A stretch of DNA of 64,000 bases from Geopsychrobacteraceae bacterium (GTDB lineage: Bacteria > Desulfobacterota > Desulfuromonadia > Desulfuromonadales > Geopsychrobacteraceae). The notes beneath the pieces are model-generated. The model did no database searches. It was given only the letters and a program-made list of their open reading frames with translations, and was not told where the DNA came from. Within the stretch, counting starts at the first letter, position 1. Every line of letters starts with the position of its first letter. A program made the position numbers and the translations under genes. Below, piece by piece: positions 27,535 to 36,377 of this stretch. Where the stretch lies: contig CAXXTB010000002.1 in the NCBI GenBank assembly GCA_963676795.2, positions 960,001 through 1,024,000 of the forward strand. Reading direction: 5' to 3'.

Positions 27535-28905
27535 ATGGGGGTATCAAAGATGGTTAGAAAGCATTTGGAGGACGGTAATTTGGCTATGGCTAGTGACCAC
27601 AAGGAGAGAAAAACTGAAACATCTAAGGCTATTGGTAAGTTCGGTGCCAGGGGCTGGATTGTGATTTTTTATTGCATGCTGATGTTTTGGTTTTATGCAG
27701 GTACGGTTAATGACGGGTCAAATATTATTGCACCTGCAATGGCAGCGAAAACAGGAGTTGATTATCCCGTAATTTTAAGTATGGGAACACTTGCAGGTAT
27801 CGTCGCATTTGTATTTTTTGTAATTTTTGGTCAGATCAATACCTGGATTGGCGTTCGTCTAACCTCAGCGATTTGTATGGTTATTGCGGGGGCGGGATAT
27901 ATTTTTGTTGGACAGGCCACTTCCATCGTTGGCTATGCTGTGGCTCTCTGTGTTGTAGCCGGAGCAGTCATGTCGGCTGGATATATCTGTGGCGGAGTCT
28001 TTGTTGCCAACTGGTTCCCCAAAAAGAAGGGGATCGTCATGGGCTATACAACTATGGGGCTGAATTTTGCTTCAGCATTTTATGTACCTATGATTGCGGC
28101 ATTAGTCGGCATTTTTGGAGTTACTCGTGGTGTAATGCTGCCCGGTATTGTTTGTATTATGGCTGGAGTTCTGGGTTATGTGTTTATGCGAAGCACGCCC
28201 ATGGAGTATGGCAAGTATCCTGATAATGTAAGTAAGGAGGAATACGAGGAAGAGTATTTTACTAAAACCCTTGATTCTAGCGGTGGTTGGACTACGAAAC
28301 GTCTTCTGAAGACCCGCGAGCTTTGGTTGTGTGCTGTATCAACAGGCATTCTGCAATTGGTTACGTCTGGGATTGTTACACAGTTGGTAGTGCGCAATGT
28401 TCATTTGGGGTTTGAGCAAAATAAAGCCATTGCCATGATGACAGTGGTTGCAGTTGTTGGAATATTTGGATCCTGGGCCTTTGGTGTTCTTGATCAGAAA
28501 ATGGGTACACGTAAAGCGATGGTCATATTTGCAATTTGGGAAGTTGTGGCACTTCTAGCAAATATTACTGAAACATCAGCAGGTGTCTATATTTCCATTG
28601 TAATGATTGGTATGTCTATTGGGGGTTCTGCGAACTTTACTGTGTCTTTGCCAACTAATGTTTTTGGTCGTCATGGTTTTAGTAAGGTAAATAGCGTAGT
28701 ATTTCCGATCCAGGGGTTAATTACTTCTATTGCATTTGTTATTAATGCCTTGTCCCTGCATTATACTGGTGCGCTAAGGGGTTCATATGTTGCCTTTATT
28801 GGATTTGTAATTGTGAGTATGGTTTTGGCACTGCTTGTTAAAGAACACAAGTACAACCGTGATTTTCATGTTGAAGAAGAACATATGCGTCATATAACTG
28901 GTTAG
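27535..28905 (+). CDS. MFS transporter (OFA-like); true start may be 27580 or 27586
   Basis: About 12 TM segments, NWFPKKKGIVMG, G..DQKMGTRK; markedly AT-rich. Confidence 0.85.
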   Translation: MGVSKMVRKHLEDGNLAMASDHKERKTETSKAIGKFGARGWIVIFYCMLMFWFYAGTVNDGSNIIAPAMAAKTGVDYPVILSMGTLAGIVAFVFFVIFGQINTWIGVRLTSAICMVIAGAGYIFVGQATSIVGYAVALCVVAGAVMSAGYICGGVFVANWFPKKKGIVMGYTTMGLNFASAFYVPMIAALVGIFGVTRGVMLPGIVCIMAGVLGYVFMRSTPMEYGKYPDNVSKEEYEEEYFTKTLDSSGGWTTKRLLKTRELWLCAVSTGILQLVTSGIVTQLVVRNVHLGFEQNKAIAMMTVVAVVGIFGSWAFGVLDQKMGTRKAMVIFAIWEVVALLANITETSAGVYISIVMIGMSIGGSANFTVSLPTNVFGRHGFSKVNSVVFPIQGLITSIAFVINALSLHYTGALRGSYVAFIGFVIVSMVLALLVKEHKYNRDFHVEEEHMRHITG

Positions 28906-29052
28906 TAATAATTAAACATAATGTTTTAAAATGTAGTTGAGACTGACAACCAACTGTTTTTTTCAGTTGGTTGTCAATCGAGTAAGTAATTTGAATCCGT
29001 AGTTTTTAAATATATTTAACTAATAACGTAAAATTTAGTGGAGGGTCGTAAA

Positions 29053-29892
29053 ATGAACAATAAAACTATCATTACCGTTGCTGTAACCGGTGCCTGGCCA
29101 AAAAAGAAGGACAACCCGAACGTTCCGATGACTCCTTCCGAGATTGCCGACGACGTTTACGCTTGTTGGAAAGCTGGTGCTGCGGTTGCCCACCTGCACA
29201 TGCGCGATGATGAGGGTAATGGGACCATGAGCGCTGACAAGTTCCGTGAAACCGAACAGCTGCTCAAGTCAAGATACCCAGATTGTGACGTTATCCTCAA
29301 CTACACCACCTCCGGCGATCTGAACGCGACCGACGAAACCCGTATGGCTCACCTGATCGAGCTCAAGCCCGATATGGCTTCCTACGACTGCGGTACCATG
29401 AACTGGGGCCACAGCACCCTGTTCGTCAACCATCCAAAATTCCTGGAAAAATTGGGTGAAGTTCTGATTGAGAACAACATCAAGCCAGAAGTTGAGATCT
29501 TCGACGCAGGGATGTTCTACAACTCCCGTTACTACGTCAAAAAGAACTTCCTGAAAGAGCCGGTTCACTACCAGTTCGTTCTCGGCGCTCCTGGCGGTTC
29601 CACTGCGACCGTTGAAAACCTGGTTTACCTGAAGAGCCTGCTGCCGGAAAACTGCACCTGGTCCGCTTTCGGTATCGGCCGTGGTCACCTGCCAATCATG
29701 TACGCTACCCTGGCCCTCGGCGGTCACCTGCGCGTCGGTCTGGAAGACAACGTCATGTACGACAAGGACACTCTGGCTACCGGTAACGTTCAGCTGATCG
29801 AGCGTGCTGTTCGTGCTGCTCGCGAATTCGGTAATGAAATTGCGACTCCGGCAGAGGCTCGCGAAATGCTGAGCCTTAAAAAAGTTGATTGA
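29053..29892 (+). CDS. Beta-keto acid cleavage enzyme (BKACE/Kce, DUF849), putative triacetate-cleaving enzyme
   Basis: IITVAVTGA, P.TP.EIA, AGAAVAHLHMR, KPEVEIFD.GM, GGHLRVGLEDN, ATPAEAR. Confidence 0.85.
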   Translation: MNNKTIITVAVTGAWPKKKDNPNVPMTPSEIADDVYACWKAGAAVAHLHMRDDEGNGTMSADKFRETEQLLKSRYPDCDVILNYTTSGDLNATDETRMAHLIELKPDMASYDCGTMNWGHSTLFVNHPKFLEKLGEVLIENNIKPEVEIFDAGMFYNSRYYVKKNFLKEPVHYQFVLGAPGGSTATVENLVYLKSLLPENCTWSAFGIGRGHLPIMYATLALGGHLRVGLEDNVMYDKDTLATGNVQLIERAVRAAREFGNEIATPAEAREMLSLKKVD

Positions 29893-29915
29893 TGATCTGA
29901 GATGGGAGTTGCTGC

Positions 29916-30611
29916 GTGAATAAGGAATTGTGCCTGGAAGAGGCACTGTCGCATATAAAAAGCGGTATGACACTGATGGTCAATGGGTTTCTGGGGGTAA
30001 AAAGCCCGGAAACCGTTATCGATGCCATCCTTGAACGGGGTCTTAAAGACCTCACCCTGATAGCAAACGATACCTCCATGCCTGGAGTGGGGGTGAGCAA
30101 ACTGATAGCTCAGCACCGGGTCAAGAGCCTGTATACGTCCCATATCGGGACGAATCCGGAAACCGGAAAACAGATGAACAACGGAGATCTGGATGTTGTT
30201 CTTGTTCCGCAAGGGACCCTGGCCGAGAGGATTCGTTGTGGCGGGTCGGGTCTTGGTGGCTTTTTAACCCCGACCGGAGTCGGCACCGATGTCGAGAACG
30301 GCAAGAAAAAGATGTCAGTAGGTGGTGTGGATTACCTGCTAGAGCATCCGCTGCGTGCTGATGTTGCCCTGCTTAAGGGCTCTGTTGTCGATCGATCCGG
30401 GAATGTCTACTATCGGGGTACGACGAAAAACTTCAGTCAGGTGATGGCGATGGCCGCGGACTTTGTCATCGTTGAGGCTGAAGAAATTGTCGAGATTGGT
30501 GCTCTGGGGCCAGATATGATCATGACCCCGGCCATTTTTGTCGATGCCATTGTACAGAGTGGTGCACTTGCCGGAGGAGCTTCGTTAGTGAGGGATGGTT
30601 ATGCTCAGTGA
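29916..30611 (+). CDS. atoD: 3-oxoacid/acetoacetate CoA-transferase subunit A
   Basis: SHIGTNPETG, PQGTLAERIRCGGSGLGGFLTPTGVGT. Confidence 0.88.
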   Translation: MNKELCLEEALSHIKSGMTLMVNGFLGVKSPETVIDAILERGLKDLTLIANDTSMPGVGVSKLIAQHRVKSLYTSHIGTNPETGKQMNNGDLDVVLVPQGTLAERIRCGGSGLGGFLTPTGVGTDVENGKKKMSVGGVDYLLEHPLRADVALLKGSVVDRSGNVYYRGTTKNFSQVMAMAADFVIVEAEEIVEIGALGPDMIMTPAIFVDAIVQSGALAGGASLVRDGYAQ

Positions 30612-31245
30612 TAAGGATCTGATAGCCAGGCGAGCGGCCCAGGAGCTCAAAGACGGCGATGTCGTCAATCTGGGCATCGGTCTGCCGACCCTGGTTTCCA
30701 ACTTTGTTCCGGAGGGTATTCATATCACCCTGCATGCTGAGAACGGCATCCTGGGGATGGGCCCTTCAAGCCGGGAGGGCAGCGAGGACAGCGACATTAT
30801 CAATGCGGGCGGTTCCCACGTTGATATCCTGCCGGGTGCAAGCTTTTTTGACAGTGCGACCTCTTTCGCCATCATCCGTGGCGGTCATATCGACATCACC
30901 ATCCTTGGCGCATTGCAGGTTGACGCCAGGGGGAATATCGCCAGCCACATGGTTCCTGGAAAAATGGTTCCGGGGATGGGCGGAGCGATGGATCTGGTTG
31001 CCGGAGCCAAAAAGGTTATCGTCGCCATGCAGCACACGGCAAAGGGGAGCCACAAGATCATGAAGGAATGCACCCTGCCGTTGACTGGCGTTGGTGTCGT
31101 CGACATGATCATTACTGATATGGGCGTTATGGAAGTCACTGAAAACGGACTTCTGCTCAAAGAAATCAGGCCGGGTGTCAAGCTGGCCGATGTTATCGCG
31201 GCGACCGATGCAGAGTTGCTGCTGCCGGAAGAAATGGTTGTTTAG
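30601..31245 (+). CDS. atoA: 3-oxoacid/acetoacetate CoA-transferase subunit B
   Basis: VNLGIGLPT, AENG (catalytic Glu), IRGGHID, GMGGAMDL, KECTLPLT. Confidence 0.88.
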   Translation: MLSDKDLIARRAAQELKDGDVVNLGIGLPTLVSNFVPEGIHITLHAENGILGMGPSSREGSEDSDIINAGGSHVDILPGASFFDSATSFAIIRGGHIDITILGALQVDARGNIASHMVPGKMVPGMGGAMDLVAGAKKVIVAMQHTAKGSHKIMKECTLPLTGVGVVDMIITDMGVMEVTENGLLLKEIRPGVKLADVIAATDAELLLPEEMVV

Positions 31246-31367
31246 GGGACGACGTTTCGGGGGAGCCCCTGGGGTTCCCCTGCATTCAAACCGGTGCGGA
31301 GCGTTGCTTTGCTCTGTTCGTGCGGACCTACGGAATGTCGTGAATTTCCACAGGAGAGGAGGACAGG

Positions 31368-31832
31368 GTGGCCAATATCGTTCATACTTCACGAATCAAG
31401 ATTTCCAGAGAGCAGGGACCGACCCGGATCGCCAGGATAGAGGGGTTTGATGAGCCAATTATTTTTGGCGTACATGGCGGCATAAAGAAATTCTACAAGG
31501 TCGATCCTGTTGAGGAACATGCGGCGACCTTGGATCATATAGTCGGCGCTGTCGCCGCCTGAATGATGGGGACCTTCGCCAGCGTGCTGGCGATCAAAAA
31601 GATCCGGACCCATACCGACCGCTTTGAGGCACAGGTTGAAGGGGACATCGAAGATGTCGATGGCGTCCTGAGGATTACCGTTATTCGCGTTCATTACCTG
31701 TTGAAGCTAAGGACCAGAGAAGAGGCGGATGCCCGCTGGGCGATGGGGCGGTATATCGAAAACTGCCCGGCTGCCATGAGCGTAAGAGGCTGTATCCGCA
31801 TCGAGGATTCTGTGGGTTTTCAATATGAGTAA
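31368..31832 (+). CDS. OsmC/Ohr-like selenoprotein (Sec at in-frame TGA 31560-31562)
   Basis: Two abutting in-frame ORFs join as ...TLDHIVGAVAA-U-MMGTF...ENCPAAMSV; U sits at the first OsmC Cys position and CP is the second; SECIS-like hairpin just downstream; selABD in the window. Confidence 0.85.
31563..31595 (+). promoter_or_regulatory. Candidate bacterial SECIS element
   Basis: TCGCCAG-CGTG-CTGGCGA hairpin with apical loop about 20 nt after UGA and G in the loop. Confidence 0.7.
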
Positions 31833-32110
31833 GGGGATTGCTAAAATCTTGGTGTATAAATTGAGTAACGGTGATCATTAAGAACAAGATTGATCTTGAC
31901 CGTTTAGTTAATACCAATTTTAAATCTGATAAAGATATTTAAATAGATAGGATCAGAATTAGATTTTGTGTGGCAGGTGAAAGATAATAATGAAGAGAAT
32001 AAAACTAAAATTTCAGTTTCGTATGCTCCTACCAGTTATTGCACTGATTGAGCTAGGTTGAAAATATCGGACACCAAAGTTTACAATCTTTCCCGAACGA
32101 AGGTGTCACA

Positions 32111-32425
32111 ATGTTAACAAGATCGAATGCTCGTTATTCGAAAGAGTTTCGTAACGAAGCCGTAAAAATGGTATCGGAGGGTGGCCTGACTGCATATGAA
32201 GCGTCTCGGCAACTCTCCTTACCGAAATCGATCCTTGAAAACTGGGTCCGAGCTCACAAGTCCGGTAAACTCAGCGATATCGGTAGTGAGCAGCGCCCCT
32301 TGACCGAGGTTGAACAAGAACTCGCTCGTGTCAAACGAGAACTGTCTCAGGTCAAGCTGGAGCGAGATATCTTTAAAATAGCCGCCGCGTACTTTGCCAA
32401 GGAGTCGCTGCCCGGTAAGCGCTGA
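32111..32425 (+). CDS. IS3 transposase OrfA (HTH)
   Basis: YSKEFR.EAVK, LENWVR, leucine zipper ELARVKREL..ERDI.K.AAAYFAKE. Confidence 0.85.
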   Translation: MLTRSNARYSKEFRNEAVKMVSEGGLTAYEASRQLSLPKSILENWVRAHKSGKLSDIGSEQRPLTEVEQELARVKRELSQVKLERDIFKIAAAYFAKESLPGKR

Positions 32426-33275
32426 TAAAACAGTTTCGATCTGAGTATCCGGTTCCTCTGTTGTGCCGGGTTCAATCAGTGGCTATTACGCCTGGTTGAA
32501 ACGGCCTGAATCTCCCCGGCAGAAAGAAGAAAAACGGCTCGAACTCGAAATAATAGCGGCTCACAAACGAACTGAAGAAACCTACGGCCCGGAGCGTCTG
32601 CAAAGCGATCTTTCTGATCACGATGTTCATGTCGGCGTTCACCGGATCAAGCGCATTCGCCGAAAGCTGGGACTGCGCTGCAAGCAGATCAAGAAGTTCA
32701 AGGCAACGACAAACTCGAATCACAAGTTGCTGGCTGCTGAGAACCTTCTGGATCAGAATTTTGTTACGGACGCCCCGAACCAGGCCTGGGTGACCGACAT
32801 AACCTATATCCCTACGGCTGAAGGCTGGTTGTACCTCGCCGGTCATAAAGATCTCTTTACGGAAGAAGTCGTGGGCTACGCCATGGGAGAACGTATGACG
32901 AAGAATCTGGTCTCCCAATCGCTGTTTCGTGCCGTCGCAGCCAAAAGACCTGCAGCTGGCCTGATTTACCATTCCGATCGCGGTAGTCAGTACTGCGCCA
33001 CGGAATATCAAAAATTTCTGAAACAGTCCAAGATGCGTTCATCCATGAGCCGCCGCAGGAACTGTTACGACAACGCTCCGATCGAAAGCTTCTGGGGCGT
33101 CTTGAAAAATGAACTCGTGCATCACTGCCGGTATGCGACCAGACGGGAAGCAATCCGGGAGATCACGACTTACATAGAAGTCTTCTACAACCGGAAGCGG
33201 AAACAGAAGAGGCTTGGTTATCTTTCACCCGCAGCCTATGAGCAACAATATTTCAAAGAGCGGTTAGTCGCTTAA
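32425..33275 (+). pseudogene. IS3 transposase OrfB (DDE), frameshifted near the N-terminus
   Basis: WVTDITY, HSDRGSQY and DNAPIESF present, but IKQFRSEYPVPLLCRV and SISGYYAWLKR are in different frames (break near 32470). Confidence 0.7.
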
Positions 33276-33563
33276 TATTTTGGTGTCCACTATTGACGAC
33301 CGAGGTCAAATGCCTTGGGTATAAAACTCCGAATCAGGTATTTTTTGGACTCAATCCACCCGTTGCACTAGCGAGTTGAATTCGCGAAACTCAGATAAAT
33401 CGTGTTGAGTGTCAGCGATGTCTTGGCACTCAACATTTAGTTATTATTCGAGGCAGAGAGGAGGGTAGTGTTGAAATTGAAGGAGGACTCGTTCTGGACT
33501 GATTTTCTGGCCTTCATCAACCCCGGGTCCTCCTCAGCTGGCAGTGCAGCATCGGTTCGCTGC

Positions 33564-33836
33564 TTAAATCGGTTTATTTGTGTCATTCTTGTGGCTTGAA
33601 GGCAGAACAATTAAGGATTCAATGCCTTCTGTGGCGATGATCTGGTTGAGTTCATCCAGTGCCTTCTGGTCGGTCTCGAAAGGTTCTTCCCAGAATGTCG
33701 AATTGCCGAAGCGGTCTATGACTTCGAGCAGCCACCCCTCTTCGCCGCTTCGGCATATTTCGACTTTGATCCTATTCCCCTCATGCATAATCGTCCGGCA
33801 TAAAGGGGAGTATTCAAAGTAAACCTTGTTATTCAT
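33564..33836 (-). CDS. Small hypothetical protein
   Basis: GGAGGG RBS, ATG 33836; SPL...W.LEV.D..GNST.W...FETDQ.AL.E pattern that I recall from a small uncharacterised proteobacterial family (not searched). Confidence 0.65.
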   Translation of the reverse strand: MNNKVYFEYSPLCRTIMHEGNRIKVEICRSGEEGWLLEVIDRFGNSTFWEEPFETDQKALDELNQIIATEGIESLIVLPSSHKNDTNKPI

Positions 33837-33890
33837 AATAAAACCCTCCTCTTCCAAACGAGCTTTGAATGATGGGCATTCATTCAACTC

Positions 33891-34715
33891 TCAGTTTATA
33901 TATGGTCTGCATTTCTCGTCATAAGGTTGGGGGCACATCAGTCTTTCCGAGATTTTTCTTGCCGTCAGCCGGATTCTTTCTATCGTCGCACTGGTATTCA
34001 GTTCATTCTTTCTGGCATAGGGAGAGATGACAACGATACTGGCAATGGCCTGGCCCTTGTTGTCAAAGACTGGTGCCGCTATGGAAAAAATGTTCTTGTC
34101 ATGGCGACCGTCGTCTATCGCATATCCGTTTCTGCCGATTTCGACGTATTCCTGTTTCAGTTGAGCCGAGGAAATGCCAGTATTTTGATAGGCGGGAGGA
34201 AGTGGGCTCTGCAGCCAGCGGTTTGTCAAACGAGGATGCGTATAAGCTGCAATGCATTTGGCTCCGGCGTGGATTTGCGGATAGACCCGATCTCCGACGG
34301 CAACTGAAATTGTAATCGGTTTTTTTGATCGAGCAATATAGGCAAGAAAGATGATGTTTTCGGAAAGTAATTCAAAATGAACAGTTTCGGAAATCTGATC
34401 TCGCAAGGTGTCGCAAAATTGATGGGCTATGATAGCTGTTTTGTTGTTCAGGCTTTGGGTTATCGAATCATACAGGCAGGATATCATCGGGCCAAGCTGA
34501 TATCTCTTTGTTAATGGGTCTTGGTCAAGGTAGCGCTCTTTCTTCAGGGTATTGACGACTCTGCTGGTTGTTGAAATTTTAAAATTGAGGATTTCTGACA
34601 ACTCTTTGGTGCCGATGGGTTTGTTGTTCTTGGCAAAATAGGATAAAACCGCAAGAGCTTTTTCTGTTGCGTTATATTTAGCACTGTCGTCGTTATTTTG
34701 TTCTGGCAGTAACAT
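33891..34715 (-). CDS. IclR family transcriptional regulator
   Basis: EKALAVL HTH, RYQLGP, ETVHF, AGAKCI.A, GYAID..SIAAPVFD. Confidence 0.88.
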   Translation of the reverse strand: MLLPEQNNDDSAKYNATEKALAVLSYFAKNNKPIGTKELSEILNFKISTTSRVVNTLKKERYLDQDPLTKRYQLGPMISCLYDSITQSLNNKTAIIAHQFCDTLRDQISETVHFELLSENIIFLAYIARSKKPITISVAVGDRVYPQIHAGAKCIAAYTHPRLTNRWLQSPLPPAYQNTGISSAQLKQEYVEIGRNGYAIDDGRHDKNIFSIAAPVFDNKGQAIASIVVISPYARKNELNTSATIERIRLTARKISERLMCPQPYDEKCRPYIN

Positions 34716-34748
34716 GTGATCCTCTTCTTTTCTGGTTGTCGGGGTTGT

Positions 34749-35825
34749 TTATAGATCGTCGGTAAAATTGATCATTGCTTTACTGATCATCGAATAATTC
34801 AATTTGCTGCCGAAGAAAATCAGCTTGTTCCTCTGGTCCTCTCCTGGCCAATTTTCCAAAACCTCAAATGGTTCTACGATGTTTCTGATTCTTTGAATCT
34901 GAATCGATTGTGGAAGGTTTTCAATTCTGAAGATTCCTCTTATGTTCAGAATCCCACTCTCTCGATTGGAAGCCAGATTTATCAGTAGCTTTAGAAATTG
35001 ATCGGCATTTGGAATTGACTCTGGATAGATCGTGAGATTGTTGCTCTCTTCATCTTGCGTATCTCTCACATGGTCAGTGGAAGATCCTCCAAAATACTCA
35101 TCAGGGATATCAGCGGACTTTCTTGTGAAGAAGGGTTGGGCTCCCTGCTCCAGCGCCTGAGTGGTTTTATGACTCTGAAGAACTGACCTGATTAATATTT
35201 GTCTCCGAAGGGTTGAGGAAGCCTCTTTGGCAATAAAAAGATCTTCAGGGCCATGAACTTTGTTAAGCAGGATTTGCTTTGCATGGCAATTGATTGATTT
35301 GAGCTTTGTTTTTAATTTGGCAATCTGCGTGCCGCAGACACTATCATTGGTAGCCAGTATTATGATGTCAGCCAGCAGTATCAGGTTGTTTATTGGGACC
35401 CCGTTCATGTTGATATTGTCCTGTATCAGGCACACCAGCCCGTTGAGGTAATATCTTTCGGATGCTTGTTGGTCAGATGCGAGGTCCTGGCAAATCTGAA
35501 CAGAATCTGTAGGTTCTCTGGTTTCGATCAGGATATGATCGAATGGTGGAATTTGACCGGATTCTCGCAGGTTAAATAGTTCCGACAGGCTTTTCCGGAT
35601 GTTGTCTTCTCGTTTGAAGCACAGCTCACCTGATTTTAGTAAGGCAATATCGCCAGTCAATCTCCGTGAAATGTGAGTATCGTTATCAGTGACAGCGCAT
35701 TTCAAGAAAAAGACTATGCCGTTTTTATGGAAAGTTTCCGGGAGTTGGCGGAACAAGGTCCTGCTCTTGTCGTCCGGAAGAGTGCAAAAAACGGATATTG
35801 GTATTTTGATATTGACGTTTGACAA
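34749..35825 (-). CDS. CobW/COG0523-like protein with degenerate GTPase and CxCC motifs
   Basis: Retains GQIPPFDHILIET, RYYLNGLV, ADIIIL and a CobW_C-like ILNIRGI...WPGEDQRNKLIFFG; lacks GxxGxGKT, CxCC, ExxG and NKxD. Confidence 0.65.
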   Translation of the reverse strand: MSNVNIKIPISVFCTLPDDKSRTLFRQLPETFHKNGIVFFLKCAVTDNDTHISRRLTGDIALLKSGELCFKREDNIRKSLSELFNLRESGQIPPFDHILIETREPTDSVQICQDLASDQQASERYYLNGLVCLIQDNINMNGVPINNLILLADIIILATNDSVCGTQIAKLKTKLKSINCHAKQILLNKVHGPEDLFIAKEASSTLRRQILIRSVLQSHKTTQALEQGAQPFFTRKSADIPDEYFGGSSTDHVRDTQDEESNNLTIYPESIPNADQFLKLLINLASNRESGILNIRGIFRIENLPQSIQIQRIRNIVEPFEVLENWPGEDQRNKLIFFGSKLNYSMISKAMINFTDDL

Positions 35826-35884
35826 TGTCTCTGTCCTGAAAGTTTTCAGTTTTGGAAGCCTAAGTCATCATGTCAAATCTATTG

Positions 35885-35900
35885 AGCAAATTTTGAGCCA
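35885..35900 (-). promoter_or_regulatory. Sigma54 promoter of the CobW-like/IclR unit
   Basis: Minus strand TGGCTCAAAATTTGCT: GG-N10-GC, 60 bp before the start at 35825. Confidence 0.7.
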
Positions 35901-36019
35901 GAATGAGTGTGTCTGTTTTATGTGCGAAAAAGTGATGTTGTTTCAGTTGGATAGAGTAACTTTGGTCGTTTTGTCTGTTTCGGACTGTTTTGTGAGATAT
36001 CTGCAATACCAGTTCGCTT

Positions 36020-36273
36020 GAGTCGGAATCGGTTCTGCCTGTTTCCTTCTGCCTTTGGGACATGGCGGGTTGGATGCCGAGAATGTGAGGTTTTTCTGGC
36101 TGAAAGGCTTTTGGTCGTATGTCTCTGGCTATAACCCATTAGTTTTTCGGTCAATTGTTGCTGATTCTCCGTCTCTGAAACCTTTCTTCGCTTGATTCCG
36201 GCCACGTCATGGCGGTGAAGAACGGCAAATTACGAAATCGGTTCGCTTGGAGTATGTGAATCGATAATGGATC
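36020..36273. promoter_or_regulatory. Three further copies of the 16-bp enhancer motif
   Basis: GAGTCGGAATCGGTTC (36020), ATTACGAAATCGGTTC (36229), GAATCGATAATGGATC (36258). Confidence 0.55.
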
Positions 36274-36377
36274 GCGCGTCAGGTTTGGGATTTTTTCAGG
36301 AATCCTTTGGTGATCGTGATGAGTCTTGAGGTGCGAGAACTGTTATGCTCTCAGATCCCTGGTGTGTTGATTGACTG

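Larger units (their letters stand above)
32049..33308 (+). mobile_element. IS3-family insertion sequence, probably inactive
   Basis: TG...CA ends; TIRs TGAGCTAGGTTGAAAATATCGGACACCAAA / TGACCTCGGTCGTCAATAGTGGACACCAAA; 1260 bp; orfA plus DDE orfB. Confidence 0.9.

Noticed and set aside
33400..33540. Two hairpins after the IS3 as a possible ncRNA
   Set aside because: No recognisable family features or promoter; plausibly terminator-like or remnant sequence.
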